The position numbers and the translations under genes were made by a program. DNA of 62,435 bases, the filler included, from Globobulimina sp. (lineage: Eukaryota), in NCBI GenBank assembly GCA_003354225.1. It is 11 parts of 11 records of this genome, joined end to end, with 100 filler letters (N's around TTAATTAATTAA, not from the genome) between each part and the next. Parts side by side here need not be neighbours in the genome. Positions count along the whole stretch, not along the records: positions 1 to 5,594 come from PIVH01000496.1; positions 5,695 to 11,288 come from PIVH01000497.1; 9 more parts are not named here. One strand, 5' to 3'. This document shows, piece after piece, positions 1-11,388 of this stretch; positions within the stretch are counted from its first letter, which is position 1, and each line of letters opens with the position of its first letter. Under the pieces are notes generated by a model that saw only the letters and a list, made by a program, of their open reading frames with translations, was not told the origin of the DNA and did no database searches.

Positions 1-1717
1 ATTTCCTTCATCACAATCCAACATTACCAAAATTACATCTCCTTGCTTCCATTTACTTTTCTTATCTGCAGTTTCTTTATCCACACAATTCATTACAATC
101 CCTTCATTTCCATCATAATAAATTGAATTTTCCAATTCATGAATTGAGCAATCACAACAATTAATAAAATCTGTAGCAACCCCAACGGCATGACCTACAC
201 TGCCACTTTCCACAAGTCGCTCAGAGGCACAATCAATACATTGTAGTCTCCAGATATGTACACCATCACCATCCCGATAACCATGATCACTCGGATAACA
301 AATATCGACATTACCAACACCCACCGATTTAATCCTTGTTCCATTCTCCATCACTTGTGCGTGTTTGCTATGAATATTAGTAAATATTTGCCCAATAAAA
401 TAAAACAGTGTGCAAACGTGCACAATTTCATCTATTATGACCTCACTATCATCATTCAATGAATTCTGTAATCTGCGCATATATCCATTCACTAAATATT
501 CAATATGTGTATCCATAATTCTTTCATCCATCATATTAATTATATTTTGATTTTCTACCTCTTCTACATTAGAAACTGCACTTTCTTCGTCCTTTTCTTC
601 CTTTACCTCCTTTTCTGGCATATTTTGCTCTAATTCCGTTTTGCTATTTTCTTCTTCCACATCATCAAAGGTATCATTCTCCGCTGGTTTGCTTTTTATT
701 TGCAAACCGTCCATTTTCCCCATCAACTCTTTATTCCTTCTTTCCAATTCTTGATACATTTTTTTGTGATTTATAATTTCGTTTTCTTTCATACTCAATG
801 CCTGCTTCAACCGATTTATTTCAATCTGTGCTTCTGTATTATTATTATTTTGTGTTTGTGATTGAGATAATTTTTCAATTTCTACATCCTTTGCAACCAA
901 TAATTCCCTCAATCTTTTTAATCCATTTTGCATCATATTAATTAAATTGTTTTCGACATCATGGTCAGAAACGCGTTTTTGTGCATTATTTTTCTTTTTA
1001 TTTGCGGATATGCCATCATCTTCTTTTGTTTCTGGGATTTCTTTTTCTTTCCCATCATCCTCATCGTCTTTTGTCTCGTTCTTTGTTTTTTTTTTTCTTT
1101 GAACGTTTTGCATCCGTTGAATGTGTGTCTGCTTTTCCGGTGGTTTTAATTAATTTTTGTTGATTGGTAATAAAAGATTCAGCTTGCAAGAAAATGCCAA
1201 ATTTATTTTTACATTTGAAGTAATATCTATCTTTTACATATCCATTGTTTGAACCTTTCCGTTTTTCTAATTCAATGCCGTAAAAAATATCGTTTTTTTT
1301 AAGTGAATATGGAATTCCAATAAATTTTATGGTTCCTTTACATTTTTGTTTGATACATTGAACTTTATCACCGACGGTAACACGCGGTGCATTTTTGTTG
1401 TTTTTGGAGTTTGTTTTAATAATTTGTGGTTTTTTAACAAATAAACCTGTTCTGCCTTTACATTTAAAATAACATATTTTACCAACAGAACCATCATTTT
1501 GTCCTTTTTTTTTGAATTTATCATCTAATTCAACACCATAAAATATGCCTTGTTTGCCCTTTATTTCTCCAATAAAGCGTACTAATCCAACAACATTACC
1601 CTTCTTCAACTTGACCTATGTAGACACAATTAATTACCGTCCAAAATGAACATAAACTGTGTACAGTAATTGGGTATTTACACTCACTTTGTCGCCAACA
1701 GTTGTTAGTTCGGACAT
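1..1717 (-). CDS. Tandem CAP-Gly domain protein with coiled coil and SPRY-like C-terminus (3'-truncated; frameshift at an A-run near 1086-1096)
   Basis: ATG 1717 (MSELTTVGDK), GT-AG intron 1687-1616. Two CAP-Gly motifs (GVELD..GQNDGSV..YFKC; GIELE..GSNNGYV..YFKC). A second open frame runs from about 1090 to the contig start (LVNGYMR...VCTLFY; WKQGDVILVMLDCD). Confidence 0.75.
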
Positions 1718-1778
1718 GGTTTCTTCGCTGATATATTGCTAAAGTGTTTTCTATTAGTCGGAAGAGTGTCTTTTAACA

Positions 1779-4700
1779 ATGTATCGAATGTACCAACAGG
1801 GAGTAACGCGTCTCGTACTGCGTTATTTCCGCCAGTATATATCCAATATTGACACTGATGTTCAATTATCTTTATGGGGCGGTGATGTTGTCTTAAATGA
1901 TTTAGATTTACGACTAGAAATTTTAAATAAGAAAATGGGAATTGAAGCGCCATTTTGTATCACCCGTGGCTTTATAAAGGAATTAAAAATGCATATACCA
2001 TGGCAGTCTATCACCACCACGCCCGTTGAAATCATACTGTCCTCCGTCGAAATAACATTATCAAACAATCATCACACATCATTTAATAATCTCAACAATA
2101 ACAACTCAAACACACCATATCTTCCTTCCTATCATCATTCAGCCAAAAAAAACAAAAATGGTTCAGATGGAGCTAACTCTGTGTCTATGGACCATACTTC
2201 AATCAATAATGATCAGTTAATATTGAATGAGGAGAATGAGGAGGAAATAAAACTAGATGATAACCGCAACAGTAACGAATCACTGGCCACTGGCTATATA
2301 AACAACTTATTAATGCGTATCAGTGCTAATGCATCCATCACAATCAATGATTTAACGCTCAAATATATCGACCATAATTGCAAATGTGAAGCTACATTAA
2401 CTATCCAACAATTTACGACTGTTGCAACCACATTAAACTGGCAGCCCAAGCCAGAGGTTTCTGGCTATGACATATTCCTAACTCCATGGAAATTATGCCA
2501 TAGGAGCTCAAGCTTTAAAAATGTCTCTTTATTTTTAGGTTTGACAATCTTATGTTAATGTATTGGTTATCTTATCCTTGCACTACATTGCATATAATAT
2601 TGCTTTAACACTGACAGATGTTTGTAAGCCGCAGGTTAAAGAAGAAGCATTATTCATCAACTTATCCATCGACATACGCTTAAAAGCCTATTTGCATTGG
2701 TTATGGCACGGCGGTCAAGCTCCAAAAATCGAGCAAACTGCGAGCTCCCAACAGACAAATAATAAACGACAACTATTATATACAACGTCTGCAATGTCCA
2801 ACCATTCAGGTCCTCCAAAAAGCAATGCAGTGTTAGAACATATCAGTGGTTCCTCCATGCAATCGGGAGGTGGCAGGTCTATACGCTCTGTGCGGTCCAT
2901 GCAGTCTGATGGTGGCATCTCCGTTCACAGCGTAGCCAGTAATACCAGCACTAAATCACATCATAGCAATACATCGGACAATGATGGCGGTAAAGGTGAC
3001 TTAGGTCCGGTGCTGATGATTGATATATTGGTGAACAAACATATTGACTTTAAATTGAGCTGTTACCAGTTATCGATGGCTGCAAAGATGTTGAGTAATT
3101 ACAGTGTGATCAGGAAACAGAAGCATGATAAGAAAAGTTCCAACAATCGACGGAGGTCTATGAGCAAACAATCTTCATTCGATAATAAGAAAACACATAA
3201 ACGGACAGTGTCTGCGCCTGCTGCGTCGATACCAGTTGCTTCAATTGGCGCAGTGGTGGACAGTCCGGCGTCGCAGGGATGGTTTTCATGGGTTGGCTCA
3301 TTTTTTTATGATTCGAATGAAGAGGAGGAAGATTGTGTGAATATTATTGACAGTCCATCAGATTGTATGTTGATCAAATTCCAATGTCCTTCGGTTACTT
3401 TTACATTGACAAATTCGAGGGAGACTGCGACGAATACGATGATGAATCCGCATAGAATGTATAAAAGGTATGGCAATCAATCGAGTTTGTATGGATCATC
3501 CAATGGTGGGTCGTCTAGATATCATCAAAGATATCAGAGGAATATGAAAAACTCGCAGCATTCACAAAATATATTGCCGACCATTACGCAGCATTCGCAT
3601 TCATACAGATCGCCACAGTATAAATCTAGCAGAGGGAGCTCTGTCAGTTCGCATAGATCTGGGTATTATTCACATACTCACTCGCAATTAGGACCGCAGT
3701 CTGTTCGGTAATTTTATATTTTTATCTGTTATTTGTTATGCTGTCACAAATAAATAACTCACACAGAGCCAAGACGTATGCAGTGACTTGTTATACATTT
3801 TCAGAGATAAAAATAACAGATATCGACATGCATTTATGTCTACCAATGATCCCAAAACATTTAAAAATGAGCAAACGAAGGAAATCATTGACTGGCAATG
3901 AATTAAATGGCATTGCATCAACCACCGTCATTGAAGATAATTTGAGCGAGGAACATTTCCATAGATCATTTATTTTAACAATTGCCACATTCACAGTGAT
4001 GGATTTTGTAGATAACCAGCCATTGCCTGTAATAGTTTGGGGTCATGAAAAAATCGTCAATGAGTCCTTTCCCTTTGTCTCCAAACCCACAGATTTCAGA
4101 GCGACCAATAAATCGCAAACGTTGCAAATTGAACCAACTGCAAATGAATACCATCCCGGATTTTTTCATGATCGCATTAAAGTGAAAGAAAATATCAATA
4201 ATATACCACCGCAATATTCTGAATTTGGTGTTTCTTCATTGACACCCAACCAATCCCCAGCAAATATAAACACACCATTCAAATATGGAAACAGCAGCAG
4301 CAGTGATTCAGAACTGAATTTTAACATAAATATGGATCAAATCTCGAGTGCACATAGCCGACCCTTTCAATTCCAAACTTCGCATTCACATTCACCACAA
4401 TCAGATGCCTATGACAGTAATCCATATTTATTCCAAATTGATTGTTCCTCGAACGCCATTTCATTTTATGTCTCTACCGGTTACCAATTCGACCCTGACG
4501 ATAACAAATCTGCTGAAAAAGAAGAACAACACAACACATACGCCACACATTTGCAAACTCCACACTCCAAACAGCAAAAAAAAGAGACCCCATCAGCTGC
4601 AGACAAATCCAGCAATAAAATATTAACTATGTCGACCGAAATCTCCATCGGATATTTATCCACTTTTGCCGACTTCAAATCGTCCGGCATTTCCCGCTTT

Positions 4701-5594
4701 GTTTCTGAATTTTCGACTTTTTTATCGTTTGGATTAAGTCACTGGGACGAAATGCGGATATTCCGTCGCCGCACTGCCACCAAAAAACGGCATAATCGCA
4801 ATGCGCGCTACAAACATACACCACATAATCATGGCTTATCCTCGCCCCTTTCCACCAGCTTAGACGCAGAACGACAGTCTGTAATCTCAGACGAATCATT
4901 CGTATCTGGCAGTTATGTGTCCACCACTCCCTCGCAATATCATTGGGGACAAGCTACAAGTTTCAAAGATAACAATTTAAATGAAAAAAAACACGAAAAG
5001 CCAAAGGATGAAATACCACTCAAAAAGTTACGTATTAATATAGCGTCCATCTCTTTAGCTGTTCGTGTGTCAGACATTGAAGACTGGAAATTAGAAAGTT
5101 TATATTTAAATAATGTCAACACATTATTGCTAGAATTTGCTGGAGTTGACATTAAAATACATACTCGTTCCACACCGGTGGCATTAAATATATCCTGGAC
5201 ACAGACCCAGGATTATTCTATTTTGCTAAGTGGAGCTTGCGTACGCTTTCTAATGACGCAACCAAAGCGCATACATGGTTATAATTCCATATCCATTGAC
5301 AATAATACAGAGCTGGATGATGATGAAGTGTCGCCGACCAATGTAGAACACTATGAATCTTTTATATGGCGACAGGTGTTATTTGATGAGGAGACGATGA
5401 AGAAATTAGCTGCGGATTTCCTGCGCTTTGAAGATGTATTGTTTAAATATAAAATCTGTAAAAATATACGGACGGTACCCATTGTCCTGCCGCGTTCAGA
5501 GACGCGCGAATTTTCAACCAGTCCATTATCGGCTGGGATGAATGAAAAAAGTGACGTGAAATTGAATAAAAACGACAATGGTTTGGCAAAAATC
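1779..5594 (+). CDS. VPS13: VPS13-family (VPS13B-like) lipid-transfer protein, N-terminal part
   Basis: Chorein-N signature LSLWGGDVVLNDLDLRLEIL...GFIKELKMHIPW. Frame-preserving introns 2539-2617 and 3708-3766 join three ORFs. Runs into the contig end. Confidence 0.8.
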
Positions 5595-5694
5595 NNNNNN
5601 NNNNNNNNNNNNNNNNNNNNNNNNNNNNNNNNNNNNNNTTAATTAATTAANNNNNNNNNNNNNNNNNNNNNNNNNNNNNNNNNNNNNNNNNNNN
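5595..5694. other. Artificial contig linker N44-TTAATTAATTAA-N44 (also at 11289, 16980, 22671, 28360, 34045, 39730, 45409, 51087, 56763)
   Basis: Identical 100-bp spacer with stops in all six frames, recurring about every 5.69 kb. Confidence 0.99.
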
Positions 5695-5924
5695 AATGTT
5701 TGTTTCGCGTTGTCATTGTCTCTAAAATCATTTTGGATGGAGCCTGTCTCAAATAGCTCTTTGAAAGATGTTTCATAGATTAGTAGTTCTTTGTAGATGG
5801 TTATTTTATTATTGTTAATTGATACAGTTACATTGAGGTTGTCATTGCGTATTATTTCAGTGGCAAGGTTACAGTTAAATGCATACACAATCCAAAATAA
5901 AAAATATATGCGTATCGAATGCAT
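5695..5924 (-). CDS. N-terminus of a putative secreted protein (truncated)
   Basis: Signal-peptide-like start MHSIRIYFLFWIVYAFNC; frame open to the contig edge. Confidence 0.45.
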
Positions 5925-5976
5925 GTTTTCACTTGCAAGGAATTGAGTTTTTAGCCAGCTTCTAGATCTTCATATC

Positions 5977-7239
5977 ATGACCTCAAACATTAAAGTGGCT
6001 ACATTAAGCGCGGGGTTATCTGCATTACAATTGCATTTATACAAATCAATTGTGAGTCGGGATTTAGCGATCATAAACAATGAAGCAACAGTCAATGATT
6101 CAACATTATTAGGCACTATAATGCAATTAAAGCAGTGTTGTTGCCATCCATATTTGTTTGAAGGAATGGAACAAGAACAAAGAAAAAAAGAAAAAGCGCA
6201 ATCCTTACACCCAGAGAACCCCACCACACATCATTTAATTAAAAATTGTGGCAAATTATTTGTAATGGATAAATTATTAACAAAAATAATCTCAAATCAA
6301 CAAAAAGAAACTAAAACATTATTATGTTCACAAATTAATGGAATGTTTGAATGGTTTGAAGCATATTGCAATCACAGAGGAATAGCACATTATACCATAA
6401 CCAATGAATCTAATCAAAAAAATTTAAAGACGCAGAATATGCACGCTTCCGTTCTATTTTATCACACATCAAATCAACATCCATTCCATCAAACAATCAA
6501 AGCATTTTCGAATGTGAACACTGTGATATTTTATGACACTGATTGGACCGTACAGGATAAGCAAGAATGTATTGTTAAAACACTGCAGCAAAAATGTGAG
6601 GAAAAAGATGGATTTAATGCATATAATATTTGTACAAAGGATAGCTTGGAAGAGAAAATAATTAAAATGAAACAACAAAATGAATTAAATACAAAAGAAT
6701 TAAAATCATTGCTTAGATACAAAGCTACGAAGATATTAAATATTGCAACGGAATCAACATTGAATATGGAACAAAATATTGATGATATTTTAATGTGCCA
6801 TGAATATGATGGTTATGTGGTTGATGATGGCATGAAGGTAGAAAGAGAAAGGAAATATACTTTAAGTGATATTATAAATCATCCGGAGAATCAGGGAGTT
6901 ATTCGAGTATTTATAGCGTTTTTCATTGGAATGATAATAATCCCGTTAATTGTTGTCATTTGTTTGAAGAAATATGTCTGGAAATATTATTTATTGGATT
7001 GGTCGGATGAAGGAAAGGAAAATATAACCATTGTGGTTGGTGTTGGTGTTGCTCATATCATTGGTTTGATTTATGTTTGTTATGCATGGAGTGGTGAGGA
7101 TAGACAGCCCGCGCATATATTGGATGAAAAGAAGGAGGATCAAGTGGAGCATGGCGAGATTCCAAAGGAAAACACTCTGAGAGAAACTTGGCAAAATGTG
7201 CTAAGGCAAAGGAAAACAAACAAAACATCAAAGCTTTAA
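5977..7239 (+). CDS. Degenerate SNF2/ISWI helicase C-lobe fused to a VMA21-like two-TM domain
   Basis: MQLKQCCCHPYLFEG, CGKLFVMDKLL, NTVIFYDTDW and ICTKDSLEEKI resemble the SNF2 C-terminal motifs. FFIGMIIIPL...VAHIIGLIYVCYAW resembles VMA21. Confidence 0.6.
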   Translation: MTSNIKVATLSAGLSALQLHLYKSIVSRDLAIINNEATVNDSTLLGTIMQLKQCCCHPYLFEGMEQEQRKKEKAQSLHPENPTTHHLIKNCGKLFVMDKLLTKIISNQQKETKTLLCSQINGMFEWFEAYCNHRGIAHYTITNESNQKNLKTQNMHASVLFYHTSNQHPFHQTIKAFSNVNTVIFYDTDWTVQDKQECIVKTLQQKCEEKDGFNAYNICTKDSLEEKIIKMKQQNELNTKELKSLLRYKATKILNIATESTLNMEQNIDDILMCHEYDGYVVDDGMKVERERKYTLSDIINHPENQGVIRVFIAFFIGMIIIPLIVVICLKKYVWKYYLLDWSDEGKENITIVVGVGVAHIIGLIYVCYAWSGEDRQPAHILDEKKEDQVEHGEIPKENTLRETWQNVLRQRKTNKTSKL

Positions 7240-7324
7240 TATTTTTAACATTTGTTTTTTTTGTGTATTATAAATATTAAATATAACACCCTAACACAAA
7301 CAAAAATGATTTTATACGGATTTA

Positions 7325-8238
7325 TTAAAATGGTATCATTGGTTCAATCGGCCATACATGTTCTGATTCTAATTTCACATTAATTGGGCTAAAAAAATAA
7401 TCTGTAAATTGTTTTAAATCAAATAACAATTTACTTTCCATAAAAAATTCAATTTTATCTGGAGTTGGGAATCTATTCATTATTTCTCTTTGCGAGGATT
7501 TGAATAATTTCATCGCTGCGTCTTTATCTTGTTTCATACATAATTGCCTTCCAATCTTTTCATATAAAATATACATTTTGTTGTGTGCTCGAAAGAAATA
7601 TCAAGAAAAAAAGAAAATTACATATACCAAACTTCAATCATTCCTTTCATTGTCTCAAATAATACACTTTGTAGTGCCTCCCCATCTTCTTCTACCTGAT
7701 CGTCTTCCTCTTCGTTTGCATCCTTATTTTCTTTATTTTTCTCAGCGTCATCGTTGTTAGCACCGCCAGGCAAATTAACTTCTCTTACACTCCATATCGG
7801 AAATTCTCTCGTTATTTCCTCTGAAACACAACAAATTTTAACATTTAAATTTAATAATTCTGGATTGGTTTTGTTTTTATTATTATTGGATGGATCAATA
7901 TGTTGAAAGAAATTATTAGTTTCATCATACATCATTTCTTCAAATAATGGATGCAAAGATTCCAAAGACTGAATTTCTATCATGTGGTAAAATAAATTAT
8001 TAATGAACAATAATGCTCCAGTTATTTCTTGCACAGATTTTTGTGACTCAATGAATTTGGAATGAATATTTTCAATGATACGTTTTTGTTTTGATGTCAT
8101 ATGACCAATATACAACACTCGCGTACAGCGTAACTCTTCATTCACATCATATGATGTTCTTAAAGTGTCTAATAAAGATTCCCTATACGATTCAATTGGT
8201 TCCGTCTCTGCTTCCTCATTGTTTGGTGAGTGTTTCAT
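7325..8238 (-). CDS. TEX47: TEX47-like (BLUF-like) protein
   Basis: ITGALLF...HMIE, EEITREFPIW and the C-terminal PINVKLESEHVWP match the TEX47 pattern. Intron 7632-7556 joins two ORFs in frame. Confidence 0.65.
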
Positions 8239-8281
8239 TTTGAGTAAAGAAAAAAACTTCAAAAATCTTACTCTGTGTACC

Positions 8282-9259
8282 ATGTCAATTATAGCGTCAT
8301 CGGCAGTAAGCGGCTACAACCGACACAACCGAGACAATAAAAATAAGAAACAAAACCCACATGGAGTGAATCATGGATTTTTCTTTGCTTCCCGGCGTGG
8401 TCAACACATATTAAAAAACCCGGGAATTATCCGTGATATGATAGAAAAATCAGGAATAAAAGAAACCGATATTGTGTTAGAGATTGGTTCCGGAACTGGT
8501 AATTTAACCATGCAATTATTACAAAAATGCAAAACAGTAATTGTGGTCGAAATCGATGTTCGAATGATCAGTGAATTACGAAAACGTGTTTTAAATACGG
8601 AATTTGAACGAAAATTGCAAATAATCCATGGCGATGCCATTAAAATTAAACAGTATCCATTTTTTAATTTATGCATTGCCAATATCCCCTATCAGATATC
8701 CTCGCCATTAATATTTAAATTATTATCGCATCGCCCCTTATTTCGTTGTTGTATATTGATGGTTCAGGATGAATTTGCGAGGCGCTGTGTGTCCCGCGTT
8801 GGCGATTATTTTTGGAGTCGATTGTCGATAAATTGTCAGTTATTATCACGGGTGTCGTATTTAAAAAAAGTAAGCAGACTCAATTTTAGGCCACCACCAA
8901 AAGTGGAATCTGCATTGATTCGAATTGAACCCAGAATGCCTGTGCCCAAAATTAATTTCATTGAATGGGATGGTTTGATCAGGATTTGTTTTCAAAGGAG
9001 ACATCGGATGATACGGAAAATATTTCATAATAAAAATGTGATCAAACAATTACATAAAAATTATATAATATTTAACCAAATGAAAAAAAAACAGAAGCAG
9101 GAAAATGATGATGAGGATAATATTGAAAAAACCAAAAAAATGATACTTGATGTGATTCAGAAGTCTGGCTTAGCTGAGAAACGATCGAGACATTTGGATG
9201 TGACCGACTTCTTGAGATTATTAAAGTTGTTTAATGATAAAGGAATACATTTGAAGTAG
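8282..9259 (+). CDS. DIM1: 18S rRNA dimethyladenosine transferase
   Basis: GQHILKNPGI, VLEIGSGTGNLT, ANIPYQISSP, FRPPPKVES, FIEWDGLIRICF. Confidence 0.95.
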   Translation: MSIIASSAVSGYNRHNRDNKNKKQNPHGVNHGFFFASRRGQHILKNPGIIRDMIEKSGIKETDIVLEIGSGTGNLTMQLLQKCKTVIVVEIDVRMISELRKRVLNTEFERKLQIIHGDAIKIKQYPFFNLCIANIPYQISSPLIFKLLSHRPLFRCCILMVQDEFARRCVSRVGDYFWSRLSINCQLLSRVSYLKKVSRLNFRPPPKVESALIRIEPRMPVPKINFIEWDGLIRICFQRRHRMIRKIFHNKNVIKQLHKNYIIFNQMKKKQKQENDDEDNIEKTKKMILDVIQKSGLAEKRSRHLDVTDFLRLLKLFNDKGIHLK

Positions 9260-9373
9260 TTGTCATTGTGCGCGTTTTGTAAATTATAGAGACATTTGTG
9301 TGATTTATTTGCCTGATATTATGTCGCAATATCTTGAGTACTTTTTAGCTAAAAAAACTCTTCGCTTTGTAAA

Positions 9374-10117
9374 GTGATATTGATAATTATGGATCGGTTG
9401 GATAGTTTTGGTGATGATAATAATGATCCAATGGTTATCATAGGAATTGTTATTGGTTGCGTATTACTAATCATTTGTTGCGTTGTTTGTGTGGTATGTT
9501 GGAGGAAGAGAAAACGAAACAAGATATTAACTAAAATAGCAGATAATTTATCATATCAAACATTTGATGCAAATGAAAGTATGTCAACACACAATGCTGC
9601 CAATCACTTGGATAACGAACATGAAGCAGCGAGTATTGCAGCAAACACATTGGTTGATAATGTCAATGAGAGCGAAGAGAGTCATTCACGAAAACCTTTT
9701 AAAGAAGTGCGGCAATTTGAGATTAAACAATGGGAATTAAGAATCGATCCAACTTCCAAAATGAGATTATTATATAATCGGATTGAACACAAGAATTAAT
9801 GGGCATGGCAGTATCCGAAAGTAGCAAAAACGTTAGGAGTGGAAATCCCAAAAAAGAAAATATTTAAGAATGCAAATAGTGATGATCCAAATTTAGAAAT
9901 GGCAAATCCTGAAAATAAATTGATGCCTCCTCCACCTCCACCACCACCTCCAATGGATGCTATTGATGCTATTGATGCCATTCCATGTGCCCCAACAGAT
10001 GATAATATTGACGACAATGATGATGAATATGAATATTATTATGAGGAAGAAAATATTAATGATAATGTGGACAGAAACAAAGCGGTGCCGTGTAACCCAA
10101 CTGATGACAATAATTGA
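9374..10117 (+). CDS. Single-pass membrane protein with WW-like domain and polyproline, interrupted by an in-frame TAA at 9797-9799
   Basis: TM helix followed by RKRKR. WELRIDP..LLYN..HKN*WAWQYP continues in the same frame into ORF 9839-10117. Confidence 0.5.
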
Positions 10118-10309
10118 GTGTGTATAGTATTTTATTAATTAATTAATTATATTCCTTTTTTGAATTTAATTTGTTACATAGTGAATTACAATTTAATCGT
10201 TGTCTGAACCTTGTAATCAAAACGTTAACAGAGCACAGTATACAAATAGTTTGTGATCATCGAAACAGATTAACAACACTAAAAACAAGTATATATATGT
10301 TTGGAAACA

Positions 10310-11218
10310 CTAAGACCACCAACCGGTTGAAGCTGAACTGTTTTTGGATTTCTTTTTCTTATTACTTTTAACTGTATTCACAGTAATTGATCCAGAATAG
10401 GAACCATCGAAATCAGCCACATTATATTCATCCCAACTATGTATATTTGCTAACCTATAATCTGATTGTTGTAAATCTTGAAATTTCCTTACAATTAAAC
10501 GTGAATGTTCATCCACCAAACCATAGCATTGCGAATCAAAAATAAATTTATCAAATTCCCATTCAAATCTAAAAGTTAATTGTAACCAAACATAATGATG
10601 TCGGATCCCAATGGTTTTCTCCACTTTTGTACAAATTCCTTTCTTTTTGATGCAATTAACGTCAGAATAAAATCTGTTACATTCATCATTTTTACTTTCA
10701 ATCCTAAATGGAGTCCAACGATCAAATCGAGCAAATTTCACTGTTCGATATTTCTTATTATCTCCACTTAAATCATTATAATTTGTAATTATTAAAATAC
10801 CCTTCTCTTCGGCCAATAATCCAAATATCTCGAATTTGTCTAAAAATTCATAAAATTCATTTGTGTTTTCAAATTTCATTATAAACCAATGTTCATTATG
10901 GCGAATTTCAACCCGTTTAATATCTTCTTTTACTTCATATTTTTCATCTGTTTTATCAGTATCACCGTCTGTTTTATCTTTGGAATCTTGTTTGTTGTCA
11001 TTATTATCCTCGTTATCGTTTTGATTTATTATATTTAAATTCTTTATTGTTACGGTTGGTGATGGATTTGGTGGAACCTTTGCTTTTGGTTTTGCACCAA
11101 TAATAATTTCAATTCCTTCTTCTTGCATTCTCATTAATTGTGCACGATTATATTGCATATTATCCGCAGCATGATATCTCCTGTTTTTATTTTTCCCAAA
11201 AGAAAAGCTTGAAGACAT
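10310..11218 (-). CDS. Hypothetical protein with two internal repeats
   Basis: 302-aa ORF; the motif F....EF..F......GL..E...LI.....DL occurs twice. Confidence 0.6.
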   Translation of the reverse strand: MSSSFSFGKNKNRRYHAADNMQYNRAQLMRMQEEGIEIIIGAKPKAKVPPNPSPTVTIKNLNIINQNDNEDNNDNKQDSKDKTDGDTDKTDEKYEVKEDIKRVEIRHNEHWFIMKFENTNEFYEFLDKFEIFGLLAEEKGILIITNYNDLSGDNKKYRTVKFARFDRWTPFRIESKNDECNRFYSDVNCIKKKGICTKVEKTIGIRHHYVWLQLTFRFEWEFDKFIFDSQCYGLVDEHSRLIVRKFQDLQQSDYRLANIHSWDEYNVADFDGSYSGSITVNTVKSNKKKKSKNSSASTGWWS

Positions 11219-11388
11219 TTATAATACTTTTATTTTACAAAAACATCCAACTCGATCTGTATATACAAAGGAGGGAGGGGGGGTAAGGNNNNNNNNNNNN
11301 NNNNNNNNNNNNNNNNNNNNNNNNNNNNNNNNTTAATTAATTAANNNNNNNNNNNNNNNNNNNNNNNNNNNNNNNNNNNNNNNNNNNN

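Noticed and set aside
5595-5694. Regularly recurring TTAATTAATTAA flanked by Ns
   Set aside because: Artificial concatenation linker. Adjacency across linkers has no biological meaning, and ORFs ending in X-runs are artefacts.
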